From Candidatus Buchananbacteria bacterium (GTDB lineage: Bacteria; Patescibacteriota; Patescibacteriia; 2-01-FULL-39-33; JBAYJR01): 64,000 nt of DNA. The notes beneath the pieces were generated by a model that was not told the DNA's origin, searched no databases, and saw nothing but the letters and a program-made list of their open reading frames with translations. Where the stretch lies: the NCBI GenBank assembly GCA_041665005.1, contig JBAYJR010000004.1:20669-84668 (forward strand). Direction: 5' to 3'. The stretch's first letter is position 1, and each line of letters opens with the position of its first letter. A program made the translations under genes and the position numbers. This document shows positions 41,997 to 51,481 of the stretch, piece by piece.

Positions 41997-43493
41997 TTAT
42001 TTGATGGTATAAATTTTTAATTTTTTAATGGCCGCTAAAGCCATATTAATCCGTTCTTGATTGGCGGCATACATAGTAAAGATTCGGTCGCCTTTTTTAA
42101 TTTTTTGACCCAATCGCACATTTAAATAAAGTCCCGCCAACTTATCCAACGGTGTTCCTAAAATTCTAGCAATTTCGGAAATCCGCTTATTATCAACTAT
42201 TCTTACTTTACCCGTTTTATCAGCATTGACATAAGATTTAACTGCCGACAAAGTAATCTTTTCCGAATCAATTTGACCATTGCCGCCCTGAGCAGTAATA
42301 ATCTCTTGCATCTTTTTCCAAGCTTGGCCGGATTTCAAAGCCGCGGTAGCCATTTTGATTCCCTGACCCTTTTTGGCCTTACCACATAATTCTAACAACT
42401 TACCGGATAGAAAAATTGATTTTTTTTCTAAGTCCAGTGGCCGATTTTCTTTTTGTTGTAATACCCGCAAAACATCGCGGGCTTCTAACGCCGGACCCAC
42501 TCCCCGCCCAATCGGTTCTAAGGCAGCGGTAAACACCACTTCACATTTAATATCAAACTTTTTGGCTAAAAACAAAAATTTTTCTCTAATCATCTTGGCT
42601 ACCTTTAAATTTGGCACCTTAGCTGTTGGTCCAACCGGCACATCAATAATTAAATATTTAATATCGCAGGCCACTTTTTTAGCCATAATTGACACTAACA
42701 TTTTACTGTAAGGTTCTAATGACAACGGATAAGATACTTGAATAATTTTATCATCAGCGGGTGCTAAATTTAAACCACCACCCCAAACAATACAGCTATG
42801 ATGTTCTTGCACGATACTTTTAATCCGACTGGTTTTTAAGGCGACTGGCGCTAAAACCTCCATCGTATCTGCGGTCCCCGCTGGTGAAGTAATGGCTCGC
42901 GAAGAAGTTTTGGGAATCGTTAAACCTAAACTGGCAATAATTGGAATCGTCACCATCGTAGTGCGATTACCCGGCAAACCGCCAATTGAATGTTTATCTA
43001 CCACCACGCCCCTAAATTTTAAAGTTTCTCCGGTTTTCGCGGTGGCTTTAGTTAAATAAAAAAGTTCTTCATTAGAATAATCATGAACAAATCCCGACGC
43101 CACAAAATAGGCAATTTCGGTCATGGACAGACGATTATTAACAATATCTTTAATAATATTTTCAATTTCTTCGTAAGATAAAGAATGCCCTAATAACTTT
43201 TTTTTAATTGCTTCAATGGATGGTGGGCGCGAAACAAAATGCATTTCTACTAATTCACTGGCCTCGACCGGATAATTTTTCCAAACTTCTTTATAAAAAC
43301 CAATTTGCCCCCGCTTGACTTCTTCGCGCGATAAATTAGCTGAAGCCACCACATTTTGGCCGCGCCAATTTATCTTAATGCGATCGCCCGCCTTAATACC
43401 CAAGTGCCAGGCTTCGTCAGTATTTAAAACCACCACCAAGTGTTCTTGCCCGACTGTAATATCTAATTTTTTTGCTTTAAGAAAAAAAGCCAT
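41997..43493 (-). CDS. AMP/NMP phosphorylase (archaeal-type, thymidine phosphorylase family)
   Basis: DKHSIGGLPGNRTT, KTSSRAITSPAGTAD, PIGRGVGPALEA; N-terminal extension typical of AMP phosphorylases. Confidence 0.9.
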   Translation of the reverse strand: MAFFLKAKKLDITVGQEHLVVVLNTDEAWHLGIKAGDRIKINWRGQNVVASANLSREEVKRGQIGFYKEVWKNYPVEASELVEMHFVSRPPSIEAIKKKLLGHSLSYEEIENIIKDIVNNRLSMTEIAYFVASGFVHDYSNEELFYLTKATAKTGETLKFRGVVVDKHSIGGLPGNRTTMVTIPIIASLGLTIPKTSSRAITSPAGTADTMEVLAPVALKTSRIKSIVQEHHSCIVWGGGLNLAPADDKIIQVSYPLSLEPYSKMLVSIMAKKVACDIKYLIIDVPVGPTAKVPNLKVAKMIREKFLFLAKKFDIKCEVVFTAALEPIGRGVGPALEARDVLRVLQQKENRPLDLEKKSIFLSGKLLELCGKAKKGQGIKMATAALKSGQAWKKMQEIITAQGGNGQIDSEKITLSAVKSYVNADKTGKVRIVDNKRISEIARILGTPLDKLAGLYLNVRLGQKIKKGDRIFTMYAANQERINMALAAIKKLKIYTIK

Positions 43494-43498
43494 AAATA

Positions 43499-44122
43499 TT
43501 ATTTATTTTTTAACTTAGAATTTTTAAAATATTTAACCGCTAAAGTTTTACCGGCTTGATTTAAAATTAATTGATAAACATCACCTGTTTCTAAGGGCCA
43601 ATGATGCAACTGGTTCAGATCCTTTTTCTGCCAAGCCAGCAAACCATAACGAATGGTGTCGGCATGAGAAACTACCACAATATTCTGACCGACGTGTTTT
43701 TTGGCTACCAATTTAATAAATTTAACTACCCGTTTAGCTACTTGGATAGCCTTTTCCCCAGTAATTTGCTTGGCCGGATTTTTAAGGTGAATCTGCCAAT
43801 TAATTGGGTCTTGTTTAATTATTTGTTTAATATACAAACCGGCCCAAGGATGATTCCATTCATTTAACAAATTATTTTTTACCGCTTTGGCTAAACAATA
43901 ATCCCCAATAATTTTAGCAGTTTGAGCGGTACGTAACAACGGACTGGTATAAATTTTACTAATCTCTTTGAACGTTAACCAACGCCCTACTCTTTTAATT
44001 TGTTTAACGCCGGTTTGACTTAAAGGATAACCAGGCAGACGACCGTATAAAAAATCGCTACGACCAATCACGTCGCCATGGCGAACCAGATAAACATTAG
44101 TTTTTTTAAGCAGGCTTTTCAT
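43499..44122 (-). CDS. Histidine phosphatase family protein
   Basis: YLVRHG, SPLLRTAQT, VVSHAD; start at ATG 44122 just after trxB stop. Confidence 0.88.
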   Translation of the reverse strand: MKSLLKKTNVYLVRHGDVIGRSDFLYGRLPGYPLSQTGVKQIKRVGRWLTFKEISKIYTSPLLRTAQTAKIIGDYCLAKAVKNNLLNEWNHPWAGLYIKQIIKQDPINWQIHLKNPAKQITGEKAIQVAKRVVKFIKLVAKKHVGQNIVVVSHADTIRYGLLAWQKKDLNQLHHWPLETGDVYQLILNQAGKTLAVKYFKNSKLKNK

Positions 44123-44123
44123 A

Positions 44124-45044
44124 TTACCAGGCAGTCGTTTTACCCAAAACCAATTCGGTAGCCGACATGGCCGCCTTAGCTCCTTCCCCAGCCGCAATTA
44201 CTGTTTGTTTATAAGGTGTGTCGGTAATATCACCGGCGGCAAAAATTCCTGGCACCGAAGTAGCATTCTTTTCATTAATTTTTATTTCTCCCTTATCGTT
44301 TAATTCAACAATTCCTTGCAACCACTCCGTCGCCGGGACATAACCAATTTCCACAAACACCCCGTTAACGGCCAAAGTTTTGGTCTGCTGTTCGTGTTCC
44401 ACAACAATTCCTTGAACTATTCGATCGCCGATAATTTCCTGTACCTTGGCGCCAGTTAAAACCTGAATATTTGGACTATTCAAAACCTGTTCCTGACGAA
44501 CTCTTTCTCCCCGCAAATCCGGTAAGGCTTCAATTAAATACACCTGGGGACAATAAGCCGCTAACTGCAAAGCGGCGGCTAAACCAGAATTACCTCCCCC
44601 GACTACCGCCACCGGTTTATTCTTAAATAACGGGCCATCGCAAGTAGCACAATAGGTAACTCCTTTGCCATAAAATTCTTTTTCTCCCACCGCATTTAAT
44701 TGTCGGGAATTTTTACCAGCCGCAATAATAACTGTTTTAGCTAAAAAATTAGTTTGGTCAGCTAAAGTTAGTTGATAACCTTCGGCCAGCGCTGAAATTT
44801 TTACCGCTTCTACGGCAATCTTTATTTCTACGCTAGACAAAGCCTTAACCTGTTCTAGCATTTTTTGACTTAAAATAAGTCCAGAAACTTCTAAAAAGCC
44901 TGGAAAGTTTTGAATGCAATGCGACAAAGCTGTTTGTCCGCCAATATTTTTGATTAACAACAAAGTTTTTAATTGTTGCCGACCACAATAAATTGCCGCC
45001 GTTAAACCGGCTGGCCCACCGCCTAAAATTATCACTTCGTACAT
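44124..45044 (-). CDS. trxB: Thioredoxin reductase
   Basis: GGGPAGLTAA, CATCDG, VGGGNSG, FAAGD. Confidence 0.9.
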   Translation of the reverse strand: MYEVIILGGGPAGLTAAIYCGRQQLKTLLLIKNIGGQTALSHCIQNFPGFLEVSGLILSQKMLEQVKALSSVEIKIAVEAVKISALAEGYQLTLADQTNFLAKTVIIAAGKNSRQLNAVGEKEFYGKGVTYCATCDGPLFKNKPVAVVGGGNSGLAAALQLAAYCPQVYLIEALPDLRGERVRQEQVLNSPNIQVLTGAKVQEIIGDRIVQGIVVEHEQQTKTLAVNGVFVEIGYVPATEWLQGIVELNDKGEIKINEKNATSVPGIFAAGDITDTPYKQTVIAAGEGAKAAMSATELVLGKTTAW

Positions 45045-45140
45045 AGAATTTAGTTAATATTTTCACTCTTATTATAGAGGATTTTGACAATTTTGGCAAA
45101 GAAAAAAGACGGGTTTTAAATTACCCGTCTATAACTATTC

Positions 45141-45596
45141 CTATGGCTGTTCAACTAAGGCCCCGGTGAATTCACCGAAAGCCACTAGCTGACCATTACA
45201 ACGAACCTCCCCCTTAAACTTATAAATATTACCCCGGCTCTTCAGTAGCCAGACCTTTGTCTCCAAAAATCTAGTTCTGACCGGAAGCAACCAACGCATT
45301 TTTTCAGCACTGGCCAAAGCCGGCATTATAGCCTTACCATGGCTAGTCTGACTAATCCTTAGTGACAACACCGCGCCAGCCTGGGCCATAGCCTCAGCCA
45401 TTAAATACCCAGGGAATACCTTAAAGTGATCCGAAAACAGCTTTTCCGACAACCCAACCTGACAAATAATATAAGGTTTGCCATTGTCAGAATCATCTTC
45501 GGTAAAAATTTCTGCCGACTGCAACAGGGCCAAATCGCCACGATGCGGTATCAGGTTATAAATCATCTCCTGATTACCAAAAAAAATGTAGGCCAT
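45141..45596 (-). CDS. fabZ: FabZ-like hotdog-fold dehydratase
   Basis: LIPHR, FxDHF, PGYLMAEAMAQ; SD and TTGACA-17-TATAAA promoter. Confidence 0.7.
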   Translation of the reverse strand: MAYIFFGNQEMIYNLIPHRGDLALLQSAEIFTEDDSDNGKPYIICQVGLSEKLFSDHFKVFPGYLMAEAMAQAGAVLSLRISQTSHGKAIMPALASAEKMRWLLPVRTRFLETKVWLLKSRGNIYKFKGEVRCNGQLVAFGEFTGALVEQP

Positions 45597-45744
45597 AGTC
45601 TTCCTCCTTTTAAATAGTTGCTTAATTTATAGCAAAGATTAAGCTTTTTGTCAATCCACCAAAGTAACTAAACTTACTGGCGAAGCAAAAAACACCCAAC
45701 CAAAAAACCGCCCAAAATTTGGACGGTTTTTTTAGTGCTAAAAA

Positions 45745-46029
45745 CTATAAAATAGCTTCTTTGGTAGCTTTAGCCACGCGGAACTTAACTACAGTCTTGG
45801 CGGGAATTTTAATTTGTTCACCCGTCGCTGGGTTGCGACCCATTCTGGCATCGCGATGCTTTTTGACCAGCTTACCTAAACCGGGAACCGTAAATTCGCC
45901 AGCGCTTTTAACTTGCGCATAAGCGACTTCAGTCATTGCTTCTAAAACGGCGGCCACATCTTTCTTGGCTTGACCAGTCTTTGAGGCAATGGCTTCCAAA
46001 ATTTGAGCTTTGGTTAAACCTTTAGCCAT
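45745..46029 (-). CDS. hup: HU family DNA-binding protein
   Basis: GLGKL, ARMGRNPATGEQIKIPAK, KFR. Confidence 0.95.
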   Translation of the reverse strand: MAKGLTKAQILEAIASKTGQAKKDVAAVLEAMTEVAYAQVKSAGEFTVPGLGKLVKKHRDARMGRNPATGEQIKIPAKTVVKFRVAKATKEAIL

Positions 46030-46262
46030 AGGCTTATGTAAATTAATTATTAATCTTGCTTTTGAGGCACCTTCATTATAGCAGATTCCTTAACAAACAT
46101 TAAGAAAGTGTCAATACCGACCGAACCAAAATCAACTTTAATGATTTGTTACAACTGAAAAATAGCAATCACCAACTTAAAAAATATCTCTAAAAAATAA
46201 AATTGCTAGGTTAATATTATCTAATTTCTTGGCTAAATTAAGCCTTTTTGTTCCTAAAAAAC

Positions 46263-48311
46263 TTACAAAGCCAACTCTTTTACTTTCTCCCAAGTAGCTT
46301 CATTTATAACTATAATTTTTTGCTGACCAATTAAATATAAATAATCATTAAGATATACTGCTCGGGAAATCGCCTCCCCGCTAATAGCTTTAGTTAGTTG
46401 CAACTGATCTTTAGCATAAGAGAAAATATAGCCACCCTGACCACCCGGCAAGAAAAATACCTCTTTTTTTTCATCCTGCAAAAAAGCATGATGATTATTA
46501 ATCGCCTCAGAATAGTATTCATTTAACAAATATTTACTAACTTCCTGTGGCGCCTGCGGGTTGCTAACATCAAACAACGACAATTTTACTTGCGAACCTT
46601 CCTGACCCACCCCTAAAATTTTATGTTCCGCCAAAGGATGTAGGTAGCCGGAGTAACCTGGAATTTTTAACTCCCCGGACAAACGAGGTGCTTTAGGATT
46701 ACTTAAATCCAAAACATAAAATGGATCAGTTTGTCTAAAAGTAACCACATAGCCTTGACCAGCAATAAAACGCACAGCATAAATTCTTTCACTTAACCCT
46801 AAATCTTTAACAGCACCTAAAATACCCAAACTGCCATCCAAGACATAAACATCATTAGTGGATTTAACGCTGCCAACATTAACCGGAAAACCCCACCAGC
46901 CATTATTACCAATTGCCGTAGCAACCCGTAAATTACCTTGATACTCATCTAAAGAAAATTGATTGAGCGGATAACCCGGCACCACCCCAGTGGCCATAAC
47001 GGTAAATTTAGCTAAACTAATTTTCATAATGCCGGTTGATTCGGTCTGCCGTAAATTTGCTTGATAATAAACACTTAGTTGATTGGCTAAATCATTTTGT
47101 TTTTGTAATTTTTCATCGGCACCAAGACTATTAAAATATTTTTCCAAAATCGCCTGCATTTCTAAGCGCTTGGCTGGCGCGCTTAAATCATAGCTATTTA
47201 ATTTAACTAATTTTTGCAACACTTCGTTAGGAATAGTTTTTTGACCCGTGGTCTGAAAAAAATCCAGCAAAAAGGCTACCGTGTCTCCTTGATAAGAATA
47301 AGTCAAATACAAATTATCATTGGACATATACACCAGACTTTGAGCGGAGGAACCAGTCACTGCCGTCTTTTTATCAACCTGACCAGAAACCGGATCAATC
47401 GCTAAAATTGAAAAAGTAACATCGGTCGGTACCGCGGTAATTGGATGATAAATTTCCGTACACGGCAACACCAAAGATTTTTCCCCGAGCTTTAATAAAG
47501 GCATCGGACAAGGCTGGTTATAATTTATATAATTTTGCGTGATTAAATACAATTTACCGTCTTTTAAGCGCGCCGTTTTTAAACTAGTATTTTCCGCTAA
47601 ACTAATCTGCCATTTTTCTACTGGCGCTTGCGGATTATCAACCGCAAAACCAAAAATTTTCTGGTCAGCCAATACCACTAATATTTTTTTATCTTTAATT
47701 ACCAATAAATCTCCTGACTGTTTAATCTCTCCGGCCTTCGCTAAACTAGTGGGTGGCCAAGCGGTAATAATTTGAGTCAAACCAACTGGCGTTTGATAAG
47801 GCGGCATCGCTCTAATACTATCAACCGGAGCCATCATTGGCTGAACCTTTGAATAATATAATTGCTGACCAGAATAATAAATATTTTGGCCATCAGTTTT
47901 TACAATGTCCGGCTCATCAATGCCTAGCACTTGAACATTGGTTTCCGATACCCGCGCTGGTGTAGCTATGGCTTTATCACTACTAGGCGCGCTAACTGCC
48001 ATTCCTTCGGACCTCGCGTTAAGTGTTGCTATTCCGCCACTAACGCCAGAGCCACTACTCAAATCTTGGGTCAAGGTTAAATATTTTTTAAAATCATCAA
48101 CCGAGGCAAATTGCTTAATGGTCTCCGAAACCTTTTTTGACTGTTTGATTTCTTCGGCGCTCGGTGGCGGTAAAATACCATTTAAATAAATTACCGGCTG
48201 ATAAATTAAACTTAGTTGCCACCACATCATTAATAATACCGCCACAGCCAAAATGATAATTAACGGCACGGCTAATTTATCAGAAACTGATTTTTTAAAA
48301 GGATTTACCAT
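46263..48311 (-). CDS. Membrane-anchored beta-propeller domain protein
   Basis: N-terminal TM; SETNVQVLGIDEPDIVKTDG, ERIYAVRF, VVTFRQTDP, GELKIPGYSGYLHP. Confidence 0.85.
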   Translation of the reverse strand: MVNPFKKSVSDKLAVPLIIILAVAVLLMMWWQLSLIYQPVIYLNGILPPPSAEEIKQSKKVSETIKQFASVDDFKKYLTLTQDLSSGSGVSGGIATLNARSEGMAVSAPSSDKAIATPARVSETNVQVLGIDEPDIVKTDGQNIYYSGQQLYYSKVQPMMAPVDSIRAMPPYQTPVGLTQIITAWPPTSLAKAGEIKQSGDLLVIKDKKILVVLADQKIFGFAVDNPQAPVEKWQISLAENTSLKTARLKDGKLYLITQNYINYNQPCPMPLLKLGEKSLVLPCTEIYHPITAVPTDVTFSILAIDPVSGQVDKKTAVTGSSAQSLVYMSNDNLYLTYSYQGDTVAFLLDFFQTTGQKTIPNEVLQKLVKLNSYDLSAPAKRLEMQAILEKYFNSLGADEKLQKQNDLANQLSVYYQANLRQTESTGIMKISLAKFTVMATGVVPGYPLNQFSLDEYQGNLRVATAIGNNGWWGFPVNVGSVKSTNDVYVLDGSLGILGAVKDLGLSERIYAVRFIAGQGYVVTFRQTDPFYVLDLSNPKAPRLSGELKIPGYSGYLHPLAEHKILGVGQEGSQVKLSLFDVSNPQAPQEVSKYLLNEYYSEAINNHHAFLQDEKKEVFFLPGGQGGYIFSYAKDQLQLTKAISGEAISRAVYLNDYLYLIGQQKIIVINEATWEKVKELAL

Positions 48312-48458
48312 AAAATTTTCGCTAAATTAAATTTTTAAGACTACCTGAATTATAGCAAAAAATCAGGGTTGATGCTATTACTGTAACAATTTAAGGGTTT
48401 TCACGTCTACTCAAGTGCCTGGCAATTTGGATAATTTTGTTTTAAGAAGGAGGATAAA

Positions 48459-48563
48459 ATGGGTATCTACCAAATTTTACAATTAAAATTACCTCAAGTA
48501 GATGCAGTACAGATTGGCATTTTGCTAATTGTGCTGGTGACCGTAAGATTATTTTTAAGATAA
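48459..48563 (+). CDS. Small 34-aa hydrophobic peptide (not in ORF track)
   Basis: AAGGAGG SD 5 nt before ATG; MGIYQILQLKLPQVDAVQIGILLIVLVTVRLFLR*. Confidence 0.5.
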   Translation: MGIYQILQLKLPQVDAVQIGILLIVLVTVRLFLR

Positions 48564-48643
48564 AGGCCACCAAACCCAACAAGGAAAGACGCTGTCTAAG
48601 CCTTACTAAAATAAGACTTATACACCACTTTTCCTTAAAACTC

Positions 48644-48673
48644 AAACCCCACAAATTTATTTGCGGGGTTTTT
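48644..48673. terminator. Intrinsic terminator upstream of the leuA promoter
   Basis: aaaccccacaaa-ttta-tttgcggggttttt. Confidence 0.65.
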
Positions 48674-48680
48674 ACAACTC

Positions 48681-48709
48681 TTGACAAAGTTTTAGCCCCG
48701 CGCTATGCT
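48681..48709 (+). promoter_or_regulatory. Sigma70 promoter of leader-leuA
   Basis: TTGACA-17 nt-TATGCT. Confidence 0.75.
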
Positions 48710-48721
48710 TAATTTAAGTAT

Positions 48722-48805
48722 ATGTTTAAAATTATTAAACCAATCCAAACCGGACTAAACCTAAATTTGTTAGGCTTGTTGTTATCGCCGGCTAGGTTTG
48801 GCTGA
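48722..48805 (+). CDS. Leu-rich attenuator leader peptide
   Basis: MFKIIKPIQTGLNLNLLGLLLSPARFG*; 7 Leu in codons 12-21. Confidence 0.75.
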   Translation: MFKIIKPIQTGLNLNLLGLLLSPARFG

Positions 48806-48835
48806 TAGTTTTTAAACACCGTTACGTGTTAGCCG

Positions 48836-48862
48836 CCTAGCCTCAGTCAGCTAGGTTTTTTT
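48836..48862 (+). terminator. Attenuator terminator before leuA
   Basis: cctagc-ctcagtca-gctagg plus T7; 5' arm can pair instead with ggctagg at 48790-48796. Confidence 0.75.
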
Positions 48863-48898
48863 GTACCTTACAATTAAAACAGGAAGGAGGGACATTAT

Positions 48899-50482
48899 AT
48901 GTCCAACAAAATTTACATTTTTGACACCACCTTAAGGGATGGTCAACAGTCAGCTTGTGCCAGACAATTAAGTCTGGAAGAAAATTTAATGGTAGCCCGG
49001 CAATTAGCCGCTTTAAACGTGGATATTATTGAAGCGGGTTTCCCGATCGCCTCCCCCAAAATTAAAGAGGCGGTTACGGCGATTGCCCAGACCATTCAAG
49101 GCCCCACCATCTGCGGTTTAGCGCGCGCCTTGGAACCAGATATTTCAGAATGCTGGGACGCCGTCAGATTTTCTACCGACCCCCGAATTCACACCTTTAT
49201 CGCCACCAGCGATATTCATGTGAACGAAAAATTTAAAAGTTGGGGTAATACTTTAGCCGCCAGACGTGACCGCGTGATCGCCCAAGCGGTGCTAGCGGTT
49301 AAGCTGGCTAAAAGTAAAACTGCTGATGTTGAATTTTCCGCGGAAGATGCTGGCCGTACGGATTTGGGCTATCTAATTGAAGTAGTCGCCGCCACTATTG
49401 CCGCTGGTGCGACTACGATTAACATTCCCGATACGACTGGCTTTTGTACTGGGATTGAAATGTATGAAAAAATTAAAATCCTCAAAGAACGTGTGCCAGG
49501 AATTAATCAGGTGGTATTAAGTGTCCACTGTCATAATGATTTGGGACAAGCCACACCGAATTCTTTGATGGCAATTAAAGCGGGGGCCCGGCAAATTGAA
49601 GGCTGTATTAATGGTGTCGGCGAACGCGCTGGTAACACTCCCTTAGAAGAAGTAATTGTCACTTTGATGACTCGAGCCGACTACTACGGGGTCGGTACAC
49701 AAATCAACACCGAACAACTTAAACAGACCAGTGATTTAGTCGCTAGACTTCTGGCCATCCCCGTCCAACCCAATAAGGCGATTGTTGGAAAAAATGCTTT
49801 TCAGCATGCCGCCGGTATTCATGTTCATGGCGTGACCCTTAATCCTGAAGTTTATGAAGCAGTTGACGCTGGTAAAATTGGTCAGCAAGCCGCGACGATT
49901 GTTTTGACCAGACAAACCGGTAAACATGGTGTACAAAACCGTCTGACCACCTTGGGTTATCAGAATCTTGGCGAAGAATTTATCAACCAATTCTACGAAC
50001 AAAAATTTCTACCATTGGCAGATAAAGTCGGCGAGGTTACCGATCAACATCTCCGCGCTTTAATGGATGAACCACTTAGTAATAAACCAACCGAAATGAT
50101 CATTTATGTTAATTATGACATTGCTAAACGGCAAAATGGTTGGAACGCCTGGTTAAAAGTTAAACTAAATCCCGCCGCTGACTTACTGGAAGAAGCTGGT
50201 CAGGGTGACGGACCAATTGATGCCTTGATTTCAGCTTTAACCAAAATTTCGGCTAAGTTAGATTTAAAGTTTAGCTTAACAAAATTTGAAACGGTTGGCG
50301 TGGCCCGCGGAGCCAATGACTTAGGTGAGGCGACGGTAGTTTTACAAGATAATGGCCTGACCGCTTTGGGTCGGGGTTCCTCAACGGATACCATTGAAGC
50401 GGCAATTAAAGCTGCTATCAATGCGGTCAATCAATTATTAGTGGCGCGGACTGAACCACCAATAATTAAAGACCGACTATAA
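48899..50482 (+). CDS. leuA: 2-isopropylmalate synthase
   Basis: FDTTLRDGQQ, IIEAGFP, EFSAEDAGR, PDTTG, HCHNDLG, GERAGN; C-terminal regulatory domain GDGPIDA. Confidence 0.88.
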   Translation: MSNKIYIFDTTLRDGQQSACARQLSLEENLMVARQLAALNVDIIEAGFPIASPKIKEAVTAIAQTIQGPTICGLARALEPDISECWDAVRFSTDPRIHTFIATSDIHVNEKFKSWGNTLAARRDRVIAQAVLAVKLAKSKTADVEFSAEDAGRTDLGYLIEVVAATIAAGATTINIPDTTGFCTGIEMYEKIKILKERVPGINQVVLSVHCHNDLGQATPNSLMAIKAGARQIEGCINGVGERAGNTPLEEVIVTLMTRADYYGVGTQINTEQLKQTSDLVARLLAIPVQPNKAIVGKNAFQHAAGIHVHGVTLNPEVYEAVDAGKIGQQAATIVLTRQTGKHGVQNRLTTLGYQNLGEEFINQFYEQKFLPLADKVGEVTDQHLRALMDEPLSNKPTEMIIYVNYDIAKRQNGWNAWLKVKLNPAADLLEEAGQGDGPIDALISALTKISAKLDLKFSLTKFETVGVARGANDLGEATVVLQDNGLTALGRGSSTDTIEAAIKAAINAVNQLLVARTEPPIIKDRL

Positions 50483-50483
50483 C

Positions 50484-50515
50484 AAAAAGCCCAGAGAACA
50501 ATTCTCTGGGCTTTT
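50484..50515. terminator. Bidirectional terminator
   Basis: aaaagcccagagaa-caa-ttctctgggctttt. Confidence 0.85.
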
Positions 50516-50531
50516 CTATCTGACAAAAATT

Positions 50532-50846
50532 TTAGTAACGACTGCGGCCAAAACCTCTGCTGCTGCCGCTATTGCCACCAGCGCGAGGAGCGCGTGGCTC
50601 CATTGGTCTGGCTTCGTTGACTTTCAAGGCACGGCCTTCAAAGTCTTTGCCGTCAAGCATTTCAATGGCTTTGGCAGCTTCTTCATCAGAAGCCATTTCT
50701 ACGAAACCAAAACCTTTGGATCTACCTGACATCTTGTCAGTTATAATAGTAGCGGATTCTACAGCACCGGCCTGAGCAAAATAATCTTGCAAAGACTGTT
50801 GAGTGGTGCCATAGGATAAACCACCGACATATAACTTTTTTCCCAT
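50532..50846 (-). CDS. RRM RNA-binding protein with Gly/Arg tail
   Basis: KLYVGGL (RNP2), RSKGFGFVEM (RNP1); start at ATG 50846. Confidence 0.95.
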   Translation of the reverse strand: MGKKLYVGGLSYGTTQQSLQDYFAQAGAVESATIITDKMSGRSKGFGFVEMASDEEAAKAIEMLDGKDFEGRALKVNEARPMEPRAPRAGGNSGSSRGFGRSRY

Positions 50847-50965
50847 AAAATGTATATTTGACTTAATTAAATGCAAGTCGACCTCTTCTAAGTCGTTCCT
50901 CGCTTAAGCCCAAATAGATTATGGGCAAGACAAAGGAAAACTACTTAAAACTACTTACAATAAAC

Positions 50966-50994
50966 AGTATAGCACAAAAAATAGTTAATGTCAA
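50966..50994 (-). promoter_or_regulatory. Sigma70 promoter of the RRM gene
   Basis: TTGACA-17-TATACT on - strand. Confidence 0.8.
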
Positions 50995-51041
50995 GCTGTA
51001 AATTAGTCGCTAATTAACAACTTTTTGTTACTTATTCACTC

Positions 51042-51443
51042 TTAAAACAAGCCGTGATCGTGAAAACACTTAACATATTTTTTGTCTTGAACACTCAAAT
51101 GATCAACCAACCAATCTTCCAAAAAATCTAACAGTTCTGTCGCCACCTCTTGGCCGGCTTCATAAGCTTTTTTTAAAGCTAAAACTTTGGTAGTTAATTT
51201 TTGATGTTCTGCCTTATGCTCAACCGAAAATTCATAATTAAACAAATCAAAATATTTTTCTTCGGTTGCAAAATGATTAGTTGCATAAACTACCAGATCA
51301 TTGATAATCTTTTCTATAGCTTGAGTTACTTGTTGCTCAGTAATTGCTGTATAGAGACCGTTTAAAATACCAATAAAATGTTGGTGCTGTTGATCAATTT
51401 CTTTAACCCCTACGCTATATTCTTCCTGCCAAATAATTGCCAT
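51042..51443 (-). CDS. Bacteriohemerythrin
   Basis: W...YSVGVxEIDxQH, HFATEE, HKAEH, WLVDHLSVQD. Confidence 0.93.
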   Translation of the reverse strand: MAIIWQEEYSVGVKEIDQQHQHFIGILNGLYTAITEQQVTQAIEKIINDLVVYATNHFATEEKYFDLFNYEFSVEHKAEHQKLTTKVLALKKAYEAGQEVATELLDFLEDWLVDHLSVQDKKYVKCFHDHGLF

Positions 51444-51481
51444 ACAAATTTTAGTTACTAATTAATAGTCTTATTATAGCA

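Noticed and set aside
48442-48687. 81-aa minus-strand ORF
   Set aside because: No start signals; it overlaps a plus-strand SD-led small ORF, a terminator and the leuA promoter.
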